Positions 9,360 to 17,849 of a stretch of DNA of 53,462 nucleotides are shown one piece after another. Location: positions 1 through 53,462 of the IMG/VR virus record IMGVR_UViG_3300021088_000015. The stretch is one strand, 5' to 3'. The first letter of the stretch is position 1; each line of letters opens with the position of its first letter. Made by a program: the position numbers and the translations under genes. The notes beneath the pieces are model-generated. The model was not told where the DNA came from and made no database searches. It saw nothing but the letters and a program-made list of their open reading frames with translations. This stretch comes from a virus (lineage: Duplodnaviria > Caudoviricetes).

Positions 9360-9871
9360 CAGGTGCTCCTTGGGTCGGGCTGTTCGAGGGTTGCGAGGGC
9401 TCGCGGGATGGCAGCGCGGACCCAGTCGGCCATTTCGAGGCGGCCGAGGCTGTAGAGGTATTCCGGGGCGTCCTTGTCGGCGGCCTTGAACGAGTCGCAG
9501 ATCTCGGTGACCTCGCGGATGACCGCGTCGAGCTTCGCCTCGGCAGAGTCGGCGCGCTGCCGCTGGCGGGTGATGTGACGCTTGTACACGCCGATCATGG
9601 CCTTGGCTGCGTTGAGGCATGTGGTCGTGCGCCACGCCTGGTCGGTGAGCCGTGCGATCTCGGCGTCTCGTGCATCGAGCATGGGCTGTACGACGGTCAT
9701 CACGGCGTCGGCGATGTCCGCGCCATAGCGCGCCGCGAGTCTCCGAGCAATCCCGTCGAGCTGTCCTCGGTCAGCGGCGGCGGCCACGCCCATGCCGGGC
9801 CAGTTGGCGAGGGGGTACATCAGCGCCCAGTCGGTGGCGCGCTCGGCGATCTGTTCGCGCAGGCTTTTCAC
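9359..9871 (-). CDS. Hypothetical coiled-coil protein
   Basis: AAGGAG RBS, GTG start. Confidence 0.6.
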   Translation of the reverse strand: MKSLREQIAERATDWALMYPLANWPGMGVAAAADRGQLDGIARRLAARYGADIADAVMTVVQPMLDARDAEIARLTDQAWRTTTCLNAAKAMIGVYKRHITRQRQRADSAEAKLDAVIREVTEICDSFKAADKDAPEYLYSLGRLEMADWVRAAIPRALATLEQPDPRST

Positions 9872-10020
9872 CGCTCGCTCCTTGGGTCGGGCTGGTCGTA
9901 TCCGTGCTGGCATGTGCAGCCCGGGCGGTTGCGGTCGCGGCAGACAGAGGGCTCGTGAATGGCGACGGTGCGGAGGTACTTGAGCTTGTCGGCGACGACC
10001 GCGCACGGCGGGCAGATCAC
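9868..10020 (-). CDS. Small Cys/His-rich protein
   Basis: CPPC...H...C...CTCQH. Confidence 0.55.
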   Translation of the reverse strand: MICPPCAVVADKLKYLRTVAIHEPSVCRDRNRPGCTCQHGYDQPDPRSER

Positions 10021-10556
10021 CGTTCGCCCCCGAACATGATTCGGCTTGCCTCGTACGCGCCGCGCTCGGCGGTGAGGTCGATGAGCCGTGCGGCTTGTGC
10101 GATCTGGGCGGTGAGCGGGTCGTGGTCGGCCTGCCCGGTGTCGTCGGGCTCGCCCCACATGAGCCGTGCGGCTTCGGTCGCGTCACCGCACCATGCGGTG
10201 AGGTCGGCGAGCTGGCGGAGCAGGTCGTCCTCCTCGGTGCGCGCCCACTGGGCGGCGGCGGGTTCGTGGTTCGTCTTGAGAGGCCCGCGCGTCGGGGCGA
10301 ATCGGGTGGTGTAGGTGCAGTCCAGGTGGCGGTCCGGGCAGGCGTTGAGGAAGAACTCGGTGCGGGGGACGAACGGGCTTGTTGGCGGGGTGCCAGTAGT
10401 GCCCGCTGGGGCCTGCGTGATCGTTGGTGCTGCCTCGGGTGTGGGGGGAGCGGTGCGCGGCCGTGTGAGGGCTGGTGCGGGCTGTGCGGGCGGGTACGGG
10501 TCGCGCCACCACCCCCACGCGCCGACGTAGTGGGCGACGCGGTCACGGAGGCTCAT
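10017..10556 (-). CDS. Hypothetical protein
   Basis: 179-aa ORF in coupled operon. Confidence 0.6.
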   Translation of the reverse strand: MSLRDRVAHYVGAWGWWRDPYPPAQPAPALTRPRTAPPTPEAAPTITQAPAGTTGTPPTSPFVPRTEFFLNACPDRHLDCTYTTRFAPTRGPLKTNHEPAAAQWARTEEDDLLRQLADLTAWCGDATEAARLMWGEPDDTGQADHDPLTAQIAQAARLIDLTAERGAYEASRIMFGGER

Positions 10557-10972
10557 GAGGTCGCCTCGCGGTGGCAGTCGTGCTCACACGGGCCACCGAC
10601 GCAGCTGCCGCACTTACCGTCACGGCAGTCGGGATCGATCAGCCCACCGTCGGCAGGGAGCGGATCGGCGGCCAGGGCCTTGGCTCCACGCTGCGTGAGC
10701 GGGATCATCCTGGCCAGCCGCTCGCACTTCTCTTCGGTGGTGTGCCCGTCCCACTGGGCGCGTGGGTGGTCCCAGGGGACGCGCGGGACATGCAGGAACA
10801 GGTCGTGGTCGGCGGGGCTGATGTGCCACGACAGCTGACCCATCGGGCTGCTGATGTAGACCACGAGCCAGTCGGGCTCGGCCGGGTCGCTGTAGGCCGC
10901 GACGGACGGGAACAGGGTGGCGAGGAACGCCACGAGGTGGGCGCGCTCGCGGTACAGGTCGATCTCGGTCAT
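10553..10972 (-). CDS. WDGH-motif phage protein
   Basis: LYRER...GQLSWH...WDGHTTEEK motifs. Confidence 0.7.
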   Translation of the reverse strand: MTEIDLYRERAHLVAFLATLFPSVAAYSDPAEPDWLVVYISSPMGQLSWHISPADHDLFLHVPRVPWDHPRAQWDGHTTEEKCERLARMIPLTQRGAKALAADPLPADGGLIDPDCRDGKCGSCVGGPCEHDCHREATS

Positions 10973-11283
10973 CAGTGGTATCTCCGTTCGAAGATCTCGG
11001 CATCGGACGCGGGCCGGTGGCGTGTCCCGCGAGCCTTGAGCGGGTCAGCGGACGCGGCCAGCAGGTCCCTCGGCTCGTCACCGTGGGCGAGCATCATGGC
11101 GACCGCGACGAGGGTCCGGGTCCATGTCCACCCGGCGGTGTGGCAGGCGATGATCGCGCCGTGGAGCTGGTCGCGGCGGATGTCGGGGCGGGTCTCGGCG
11201 GCGAGGTCCAGGAGCTGCTCGTGGGCCGGTCGGCATTCGGGCAGGGCGGTCACGGGCGTCCCTTCCCGATCAGCGTCCGGCAT
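10972..11283 (-). CDS. Hypothetical protein
   Basis: 103-aa ORF, coupled. Confidence 0.55.
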   Translation of the reverse strand: MPDADREGTPVTALPECRPAHEQLLDLAAETRPDIRRDQLHGAIIACHTAGWTWTRTLVAVAMMLAHGDEPRDLLAASADPLKARGTRHRPASDAEIFERRYH

Positions 11284-11465
11284 TCCCGCAGGAACTCCAG
11301 GCCGCCCACACCGATCGCGGAGGCCAGGACGGCGGCGATAAGCCAGTGGTGATGGGCGATCGCGGGGATGGCCATGCTCGTTGCGGCGATGATGCCGACT
11401 GCGTATAGGCCGATCAGGACCATCGTGGCGACGATGATCGGCATCTGTCGCCGGGGGGCGGTCAT
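11250..11465 (-). CDS. Small two-TM membrane protein
   Basis: Two hydrophobic stretches. Confidence 0.55.
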   Translation of the reverse strand: MTAPRRQMPIIVATMVLIGLYAVGIIAATSMAIPAIAHHHWLIAAVLASAIGVGGLEFLRECRTLIGKGRP

Positions 11466-11761
11466 GGGGTGGCCTCGGCTTCCTCGCGGTGGCGGACGTA
11501 GACGATCGCGCCCTGGAAGCCGCCCCGGGTCTTCCCTGGGGTCGGCGTCCAGTGCCCGGTGTGGCCGCCGCCGTCCTCGCAGAAGTACGGAGTGCACGGG
11601 TTGACGCGGTACCAGCCGACGCGGATGTCGCCGGGGACGATCTCTTCGTCGGTGTCGAGTTCGCCTTGGGCGTCTTCGAGGATCTGGGTGGGGTCGGTGC
11701 CGGGGACGAACAGCGCCGGGCCGTCGTCGTAGGAGTCCAGGCGGGTGATCTTGGCGGTCAT
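11462..11761 (-). CDS. Hypothetical protein
   Basis: MTAKITRLDSYDDG...; coupled. Confidence 0.6.
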   Translation of the reverse strand: MTAKITRLDSYDDGPALFVPGTDPTQILEDAQGELDTDEEIVPGDIRVGWYRVNPCTPYFCEDGGGHTGHWTPTPGKTRGGFQGAIVYVRHREEAEATP

Positions 11762-11934
11762 GCGGGGATGCCTCGCTTGGTCTGGATGTCCTCGACGGTG
11801 TCGGCAAGCTCCTCGACGTAGTGCTCTTCGAGGCCGCGCGGTTCGGCGGGGACGGTGCCGGTGATGATCTCCCAGGCGGCGAGCACGGCGTCTTCGAGGA
11901 CCGTGACGCGGGCGAGGAGTTCGGGCTTGGTCAC
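11758..11934 (-). CDS. Hypothetical protein (58 aa)
   Basis: GGAAGG RBS, GTG start, 4-bp overlaps. Confidence 0.5.
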   Translation of the reverse strand: MTKPELLARVTVLEDAVLAAWEIITGTVPAEPRGLEEHYVEELADTVEDIQTKRGIPA

Positions 11935-12341
11935 GGGGTGCCTTCCTGGTCGGCCAGGTACGGGAGGGCTTCCACGTACGGGGCGCGCAGCACGCCGACC
12001 TCAGCAACGGCGAGGATCAGCGCCGACGGGCAGCAGATGCCCTCACCATCGCCGGGCAGGTGGTCCGGGTCGAGCTCGACGGCGCCTTCGGGCTGGACCC
12101 GGTAGACGCTGCCGCCGCGCCGCTGGTCGCCGTCGGGATGCAGGCCGGCCCAGAGGCGGGCCGCATCGTAGTTCGTGGTGAGGTACACCCGGTCGCGGCG
12201 GTGCACCCGCTCGATCTGGGCTTGCATGTCGGCGGGTGTGCCGGCGAGGTCGGCGACGGTCAGGGCGCCGGTCTGGTCGGGCGGCAGGATGCGGCCACCG
12301 GGCTTGAGTCGCCGCGGGCCGCCGTGGAAGTAGATGCTCAT
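11931..12341 (-). CDS. Arr-like (rifampin ADP-ribosyltransferase fold) mono-ADP-ribosyltransferase
   Basis: YFHG..L.PG..I.P, VYLTT...A, VYRVQPEG.VELDPD match the Arr H-Y-D pattern. Confidence 0.7.
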   Translation of the reverse strand: MSIYFHGGPRRLKPGGRILPPDQTGALTVADLAGTPADMQAQIERVHRRDRVYLTTNYDAARLWAGLHPDGDQRRGGSVYRVQPEGAVELDPDHLPGDGEGICCPSALILAVAEVGVLRAPYVEALPYLADQEGTP

Positions 12342-13159
12342 GCCGGGATTCCTTTCCTGGCCAATGTCGCGGCGTGAATGACGAGCTGCTCCCGCTCGAC
12401 GGTGCCGAGCTCGGCGGTGGCCTGTGCGACCGCTGCGTCCCGTACGGCGTCGCCAATGGTGAGCAGATATGCGCTGGCGCTTTGGTAGGTGAATTGGCCG
12501 ATGCGCCGTTCGCCGCCGCCGCGCTGATGATCGTTTTGCCCGGGGTCGCCGGAGCTCGCGGGCGCACCTTCCACCTCAGCCACGTGATCAGCTCGACCCG
12601 ATGGTTTGTTGGTAGGTGTTAGTTGGTTAGGTGCTTGGTTAGGTGGGCGGTCACCATGACCGGTGTTCCGGGAACTGGTGACCGGTGTTCCGGCGTCAGT
12701 GACCGGTGTTCCTGGGTTATCCACAGGGCCCGGGGGCTCCGGATCACCGGTACTGGTGACCGGTGATCCGGGGTTATCCACAGGGTTCGGAGCGGTATCA
12801 CCGGTCAGGAGTACCGGCGATCCTGGCAGCTCATCCGGCGGCAGAAGCTCCGCCGAAACGGTCAGATCCAGCGGGTACGTGAGCCGGTATTCATCCGCCA
12901 GGCCACGACGGCCCATTTTCGACCCGGCGAATACGCGCTCTATCAAACCCATTTCCCGGAGCATTACCAGCGACCGGCGAACGGTCTTGTCGGACAGTTC
13001 CGACACGGCCGCCAGGCGGTCGTTGCCCGGCCGTACGCTCGTGCCGTCCGGGTTGGCGTAGTCGGCGAGCATGCACGCCACGAGCTTCGCTGACGGGCCG
13101 AGCCGTACCCGGCGGATGAGCCGCCGCCAGGTGTACGGGTCGGTCCCTTGCAGCTCCAC
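12338..13159 (-). CDS. Replication initiator with N-terminal winged HTH (lambda O/RepA-like)
   Basis: AKLVACMLADYANPDG...RPGNDRLA..SELSDKTVRRSL..LREMGLI; low-complexity middle overlying DNA repeats; AGGAG RBS before GTG. Confidence 0.75.
   Translation of the reverse strand: MELQGTDPYTWRRLIRRVRLGPSAKLVACMLADYANPDGTSVRPGNDRLAAVSELSDKTVRRSLVMLREMGLIERVFAGSKMGRRGLADEYRLTYPLDLTVSAELLPPDELPGSPVLLTGDTAPNPVDNPGSPVTSTGDPEPPGPVDNPGTPVTDAGTPVTSSRNTGHGDRPPNQAPNQLTPTNKPSGRADHVAEVEGAPASSGDPGQNDHQRGGGERRIGQFTYQSASAYLLTIGDAVRDAAVAQATAELGTVEREQLVIHAATLARKGIPA
12601..12810. promoter_or_regulatory. Putative replication origin: iterons, two DnaA boxes, G/T-skewed unwinding tract
   Basis: TGACCGGTG at 12657, 12679, 12700, 12757 and inverted copies; TTATCCACA at 12717 and 12774; TTGGTTAGGTG repeats in 12601-12647. 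Confidence 0.7.
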
Positions 13160-13220
13160 GCGGCGTCTCCTGAGAGTGTTTCGGATCTTGTGCAGTACGG
13201 CCCTGAGGCGTGCGCAGAAG

Positions 13221-13910
13221 TCACCCATCGGGACCTCCGGGGACCGCGGCCGGCGCACCGCGTTTGCGGTTCCGGTAGTCCCTGCAGTGGGCGTTCCAGC
13301 ACGTCTTGCAGATCTGCCGGACGGTGCCCGAGTTCACGGGGAACTCGGCTGTGCGGCCGGTCCACCCGCATTGCGCGCAGGTCCGCGGCGCGTCCGGCGC
13401 GATGCTTGGGTGGCGCTTGGGCCGGATCTTCATTCGCTGCCGCTCGTTGAGCCCTGCGCAGATGCCGCCGGGGTCGAGGGTGTCGGGCAGGCTCAGCACC
13501 CATGCCTTGCAGTCGTCCAGGACGGGGCAGTTGCGGCAGAGGGCGAGGGCTTCCCCGTTGGGGCGGTCGCGTTGCTTGCGGTCCATGATCTGGGCCTTGC
13601 CGAGGCATGCGGCGCGGGTTCGCCATGGTGCGCGGGGGTTGGCGACTTGGGCGGTGCGGTTGTGGTCGGTGAGGATCTCCCGCTTGGAGGTGGGCGGCGT
13701 CGCACCTCCCAGAACCCCGCCGCCCACCTCCCCTCGTGGCCCTGGTGTCGCGGGTGTCCACGCGTTGCCAGGGCCGGTGACCGGGCCCGCTCCCACCCCT
13801 GAGGCGGGCCCGGCGCTGGTTGCCCCCGAACCGGCGAGGCCTGCCGGTCCGGGGGCGCGCGTCTGCCGGGCGGGGGCCTGCCCTGGCATTCGCGGGTCTG
13901 TGGTGGTCAT
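13221..13910 (-). CDS. WhiB-family protein with C-terminal Zn ribbon
   Basis: WRTRAAC...ALCRNCPVLDDC...GICAGLNERQR, then CAQC...CKTC; start uncertain. Confidence 0.75.
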   Translation of the reverse strand: MTTTDPRMPGQAPARQTRAPGPAGLAGSGATSAGPASGVGAGPVTGPGNAWTPATPGPRGEVGGGVLGGATPPTSKREILTDHNRTAQVANPRAPWRTRAACLGKAQIMDRKQRDRPNGEALALCRNCPVLDDCKAWVLSLPDTLDPGGICAGLNERQRMKIRPKRHPSIAPDAPRTCAQCGWTGRTAEFPVNSGTVRQICKTCWNAHCRDYRNRKRGAPAAVPGGPDG

Positions 13911-14137
13911 GACGCCTCGCCGAGGATGGCTTGGGCGACCGCCATGGGGCCTGTGCGGCGTGACGCTCGGCCCTCGGCGGCGACCGATTCCAGCCACGCG
14001 GCGAGGGGTTCGCGTGCGGCCAGGAGGTCGCGCAGTAGCAGCAGGGTCTCCTTGCTATCTGAGTCGACCTTGATCCCGTCGTAGCGGTGCGAGTCCCGCA
14101 GCTTGGCGGCCGCCCGCCGGAGAAGCTCACTCGACAT
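13907..14137 (-). CDS. Ea22-like paralogue 3
   Basis: MSSELLRRAAAKLRD...PLAAWL...AQAILGE. Confidence 0.6.
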   Translation of the reverse strand: MSSELLRRAAAKLRDSHRYDGIKVDSDSKETLLLLRDLLAAREPLAAWLESVAAEGRASRRTGPMAVAQAILGEAS

Positions 14138-14567
14138 CGGTCACCTCGCTCAGGATGACCTCGGCCAGGGTGACGGCCCGGTCCCATTCGATGCGGGGGA
14201 TGCCCATGCCGTCGGCTAGGAAGTCCCCGTCGTCGGTCTCCAGGACGATCGGCGGCCCGAGCCACCCCATGACGTCGGCGGTGATCTCCAGCAGATCGGC
14301 CATGGCCAGGGCGACGTCGGGGTGCAGCTTGGCGATGTAGGCGATGTTCTGCCGGTGCCCGCGCCGGACCGGGGAGATCGCGACCTGCGTGGTCGCCCGC
14401 TTGAGGATCTTGCCCGACCGGCTGGAGACCCGTTCTGATGGGGCCGTGCTGATGACGGCGAGCGCGGACCCGCCGGGCGACTCGTGGACCTCCCAGGGGC
14501 TGGGTGGTACGTGGGTGGCGGCGTCGCGGAGTTCGGCCGCAGCGCGCCGGAGCTGGTCAGCCGACAT
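14127..14567 (-). CDS. Ea22-like paralogue 2
   Basis: LRRAAAELRDAAT..PSPW...NIAYIAKLHPDVALAMADLL. Confidence 0.65.
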   Translation of the reverse strand: MSADQLRRAAAELRDAATHVPPSPWEVHESPGGSALAVISTAPSERVSSRSGKILKRATTQVAISPVRRGHRQNIAYIAKLHPDVALAMADLLEITADVMGWLGPPIVLETDDGDFLADGMGIPRIEWDRAVTLAEVILSEVTDVE

Positions 14568-14907
14568 CAGGCACCTCCCCGAGGATCACCCGGGCGAGGT
14601 CGGCGGTGATCCGTTGGAGAATCCCCCTGATCGGGTAGTGCTTGATCTCCGCGTCGATCCGCCAGTGTTCGGCGGCGAAGTCCAGCCACTCGGCGAGGGG
14701 TCCGGCCATCGCCGGGTCCATGAGGGCGATCCACTCGGCATCGCTCTCGCTGAGGTCCTGGGCGACGAACACCCTCTGGCTCGGGAAGGCGGCCACGTCG
14801 TAGCCCCGGTCACCGGGCAGGGGGATGACGGTCCAGGGCGCGGGGAGCGTCATGTCTACCGTGTCCCGGAGCTTGGCGGCTGCACGCCGGAGCAGGTCAG
14901 CGGACAT
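14557..14907 (-). CDS. Ea22-like paralogue 1
   Basis: LRRAAAKLRD...PAPW...DAEWIALMDPAMAGPLAEWL. Confidence 0.65.
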   Translation of the reverse strand: MSADLLRRAAAKLRDTVDMTLPAPWTVIPLPGDRGYDVAAFPSQRVFVAQDLSESDAEWIALMDPAMAGPLAEWLDFAAEHWRIDAEIKHYPIRGILQRITADLARVILGEVPDVG

Positions 14908-15094
14908 CGCCCACCTCGCCCCGGCTGGCGCGGATGGTGGCCGCGTCGATCAGGTCCTGGTCCATGAGCCGCTGGTTCTCCCGCCACGCGTCGATCAGCG
15001 CCGCGATGGCTCCGACGATCGTGCTGCCGATGAGCCAGGACACGAAGCCGGTCACGACGACGATGGCCACGAGGTGGAGCAGGTCGCGCATCAC
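14897..15094 (-). CDS. Small membrane protein
   Basis: N-terminal hydrophobic helix; coupled. Confidence 0.55.
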   Translation of the reverse strand: MMRDLLHLVAIVVVTGFVSWLIGSTIVGAIAALIDAWRENQRLMDQDLIDAATIRASRGEVGDVR

Positions 15095-15462
15095 GTCGGC
15101 TCCCCGTGCTTGGCGTCGGTGTCGCCTTCGCGCCACACCACGCGGAGCGGCGCGAAGTGGTCGGCGGCGTACGCCAGGGATTCCTTGCCGGGGCCGCCGA
15201 CGAGTTCGATCCCGCCGTCACCATCGGGCACTGCGATCCACAGGTCGCCGTCCTTGTCCACCACGAGGTCACGGGCCCGGATGTCGGGTACGCCGTGTTC
15301 GATGGTGACGGCGGGGCTGTCCGTGGCCACGCTGGTCTCGAAGGTGCCGAGGTCGGTGGGGTACTCCACGGTCACGACACCGCCGAAGTTGCTGTCGACG
15401 TGTGTGACCTTGACGCCGGTGAAGGTGATGTCGACGGTGTCGCCGACCTTGATGTCGCTCAC
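15091..15462 (-). CDS. Hypothetical beta-rich protein, paralogue of 15459..15851
   Basis: SDIKVGDTVDI...DLVVDKDGDLW...FAPLRVVWRE. Confidence 0.65.
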   Translation of the reverse strand: MSDIKVGDTVDITFTGVKVTHVDSNFGGVVTVEYPTDLGTFETSVATDSPAVTIEHGVPDIRARDLVVDKDGDLWIAVPDGDGGIELVGGPGKESLAYAADHFAPLRVVWREGDTDAKHGEPT

Positions 15463-15851
15463 GTCGGCTGCCCTCCGTACGTGCTGTCGAACGGCTCCGG
15501 GGTGGTCTCCTCGCGGTGCACGAGGGTGAGCGGGCCGAAGATCTCCCAGGCGCGGGCGGGAGTCTCCTCGTCGAGAGTTCCGGCGGCTGGCGCCATGCTG
15601 ACGTCGCCCTCGAACAGGTCCCGTGTGAACAGCAGGCATCCGGACGCGTCCCGCCACAGGTCTCCGGGCTGCGGCGGCCACTCAGCCGGGGCCACGCGGG
15701 TGATCGCGGCCTGGGGCGGCATGAGCCAGTGACCGCAGAGGCCGTTGGGGGCCTCTGCGACGATCGACACACAGCCGTTGGGGCCCTGCTCGTCGACGCG
15801 CACGCCCTTGATGACGACGTCAACGATCTCGCCGGGCTTGAAGTCGCTCAT
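15459..15851 (-). CDS. Hypothetical beta-rich protein, paralogue of 15091..15462
   Basis: SDFKPGEIVDV...GDLWRDASG...FGPLTLVHRE. Confidence 0.65.
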   Translation of the reverse strand: MSDFKPGEIVDVVIKGVRVDEQGPNGCVSIVAEAPNGLCGHWLMPPQAAITRVAPAEWPPQPGDLWRDASGCLLFTRDLFEGDVSMAPAAGTLDEETPARAWEIFGPLTLVHREETTPEPFDSTYGGQPT

Positions 15852-16069
15852 GCCGGGACTCCCGTCCGCTTGGGCTTGCGTGGGGCACGGCGCGGCAGGT
15901 GACGGCCCGTGTGCGGGGCGATCAGCGGCAGGTGGATGACAGTGGCCAGCCACGCGCACACCACGGTCAGCGCGGCCGTCAGGCCCGTGCGGTGATGGGC
16001 GACGTAGTGCAGCACCTCGGTCAGGGCGGCACCGGTCAGGGTGGCCAGAGCGATCAGCAGGGCGATCAC
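15848..16069 (-). CDS. Small membrane protein
   Basis: Two hydrophobic segments, basic tail. Confidence 0.55.
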   Translation of the reverse strand: MIALLIALATLTGAALTEVLHYVAHHRTGLTAALTVVCAWLATVIHLPLIAPHTGRHLPRRAPRKPKRTGVPA

Positions 16070-16500
16070 GGTGCGGCCACCTCCTCGGGCACGTAGCTGC
16101 CGAGCAGGGGCAGCTTGCGGAGGTCGTCGGCGGAGATGTACCAGTGGCCGTCGATCAGGTAGGTGGTCGCCTTGGTGACCCTGGCCAGCGTCGCCTCGGC
16201 GAGGGCGAGGCGATCGGCCGCCTGGTCGATGACCTCCCGCAGCTGCCGGATCTCGGCCTCGGCTGCCGGTTTGGCCGTGAAGTCCGCACCGCCGTGATCG
16301 CGGAGCAGCTTCAGCGCGGAACGGCCGCCGTTGTGGCGGCGCACCTGCCGCTGGATCATCTCGCTCGCCACCAACTGCTCGACGACCGCCGGGCCACCGG
16401 CCATGACGTGCACCAGGCGGCTCACGTCGTGGGTGCCGGTGACGACCAGGACGACGACCGGGTCACCGTGCTCGTTGTCGTACGCGCGGGACTCATACAT
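16066..16500 (-). CDS. Hypothetical protein
   Basis: GGAGG RBS; MYESRAYDNEHG... Confidence 0.6.
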   Translation of the reverse strand: MYESRAYDNEHGDPVVVLVVTGTHDVSRLVHVMAGGPAVVEQLVASEMIQRQVRRHNGGRSALKLLRDHGGADFTAKPAAEAEIRQLREVIDQAADRLALAEATLARVTKATTYLIDGHWYISADDLRKLPLLGSYVPEEVAAP

Positions 16501-17029
16501 GAGCGGCCACCTCCGCGCCCTGCTCACCCTGCGCGGCGGGCACCTCGGACCACGGCTCAGCCCACGGGGACGCATCGGCATCCGGGCGGCACGCGTACTG
16601 CCCCGACTCCGAGTGCTTCCACTTCGTCGCCAAGTCCGGCCGGTGGATCGGAGACCCGCAGTGCGCGCACTGCACCGGGCCCGCCTGGGCGGGCGGCACG
16701 TGGACCGGCGGGCGGGTCAGCGTGTACCCGTACTTCCCGGCCAGGAACTCCGCAGCCTCCCGATGCTGCGCGGCACTGGTCGTCGCGTCCAGGTGCTGAC
16801 CCTCCAGCTCGGCCAGGGCGATCCGGGCGGTCTCCCGCGCCGCCCGCGCGCGGAGCAGCTGCTCCTCCAGGCGGCGGATCGCCAGCTCGTGCTGATCGAA
16901 GTCGGCCCGCGCGGTCCGGAGCGGGTCACGCAGCTTCGCCGCGACCTCCGCGTACCGGCTCTCCAGTACGAGGTTCTCGGTGACCGGCGCCGAGGGCGCC
17001 TTGGGCGGGGCCTCGATAGTCTGGGTCAT
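16493..17029 (-). CDS. Coiled-coil protein with C-terminal Zn-binding motif
   Basis: Heptad region then CAHC...WKH...C. Confidence 0.65.
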   Translation of the reverse strand: MTQTIEAPPKAPSAPVTENLVLESRYAEVAAKLRDPLRTARADFDQHELAIRRLEEQLLRARAARETARIALAELEGQHLDATTSAAQHREAAEFLAGKYGYTLTRPPVHVPPAQAGPVQCAHCGSPIHRPDLATKWKHSESGQYACRPDADASPWAEPWSEVPAAQGEQGAEVAAHV

Positions 17030-17045
17030 GTCCTTGTTCTCCTTC

Positions 17046-17849
17046 TCAGAACGGGGTCGTGGTCGTGTCGGCCGTCGCTGTCTCCGCAGCGGCGGCCTTC
17101 GTGTACGGGGAGACCGGCCAGTAGCCGGCCGCCGCGTCGATCTGGTCGGCGCGGGTCCACAGTTCGATCTGCTCGTCGGCGGTGCGGGCCTTGTTGCCGA
17201 GGCCGCGCAGGTAGATCGCGTAGTCCTGGTCCTGGTGCTTGGCGGCCCGCTTCTGCAGCTCGTGCAGCTCCGGCAGGCTCAATGCGGCCAGGCGCGGGTT
17301 GCGGGCGCCCATCTTCCAGGCGATCCGGGCGGACGCCAGCGCGTCGTATGTGGCGTCGTGGGCGCCGTCCAGCCGCACCCCGTACGTCTCGCACAGGGTC
17401 GTGAGCCGCCGCGCCCCGGTGCCCTTGCGGTACTTCACCAGGTGCTTGTCGAGCACGAGGGTGTCGATCACCGGGCTGGCCTCAGGCAGCGGTTCGATGC
17501 CGTGCCGTCGGCATTCCCGGTCCAGCAGGTTCAGGTCGTACGACCCGACGTTGTGACCGACGATCGGCACGGACGGCATCGCGGACCGCAGCTCCGCCAC
17601 GATCTCCGGGAGAGCATCGAAGTGGGCGCGCCCGTGCTTCTGGGCGTGCTCGGTGGTGATCCCGTGGATCTTGGCGGCTTCCTCTGGGATCGGGATGCCC
17701 GGGTCGATGAGCCACTGCCGGATGACCGGCTCCTTCTTCCCGGACCCGTCGATCCACGCGACGCACGCGGTCACGATCCGGGCGGTCTCGACATCAACGC
17801 CGGTGCTCTCGAAGTCCAGGGCGCAGAGCATCCCCAGGTGCCAGGTCAT
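17046..17849 (-). CDS. DnaQ-like (DEDDh) 3'-5' exonuclease
   Basis: LDFESTG, IHGIT, GHNVGSYD, AHDATYDA. Confidence 0.9.
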   Translation of the reverse strand: MTWHLGMLCALDFESTGVDVETARIVTACVAWIDGSGKKEPVIRQWLIDPGIPIPEEAAKIHGITTEHAQKHGRAHFDALPEIVAELRSAMPSVPIVGHNVGSYDLNLLDRECRRHGIEPLPEASPVIDTLVLDKHLVKYRKGTGARRLTTLCETYGVRLDGAHDATYDALASARIAWKMGARNPRLAALSLPELHELQKRAAKHQDQDYAIYLRGLGNKARTADEQIELWTRADQIDAAAGYWPVSPYTKAAAAETATADTTTTPF

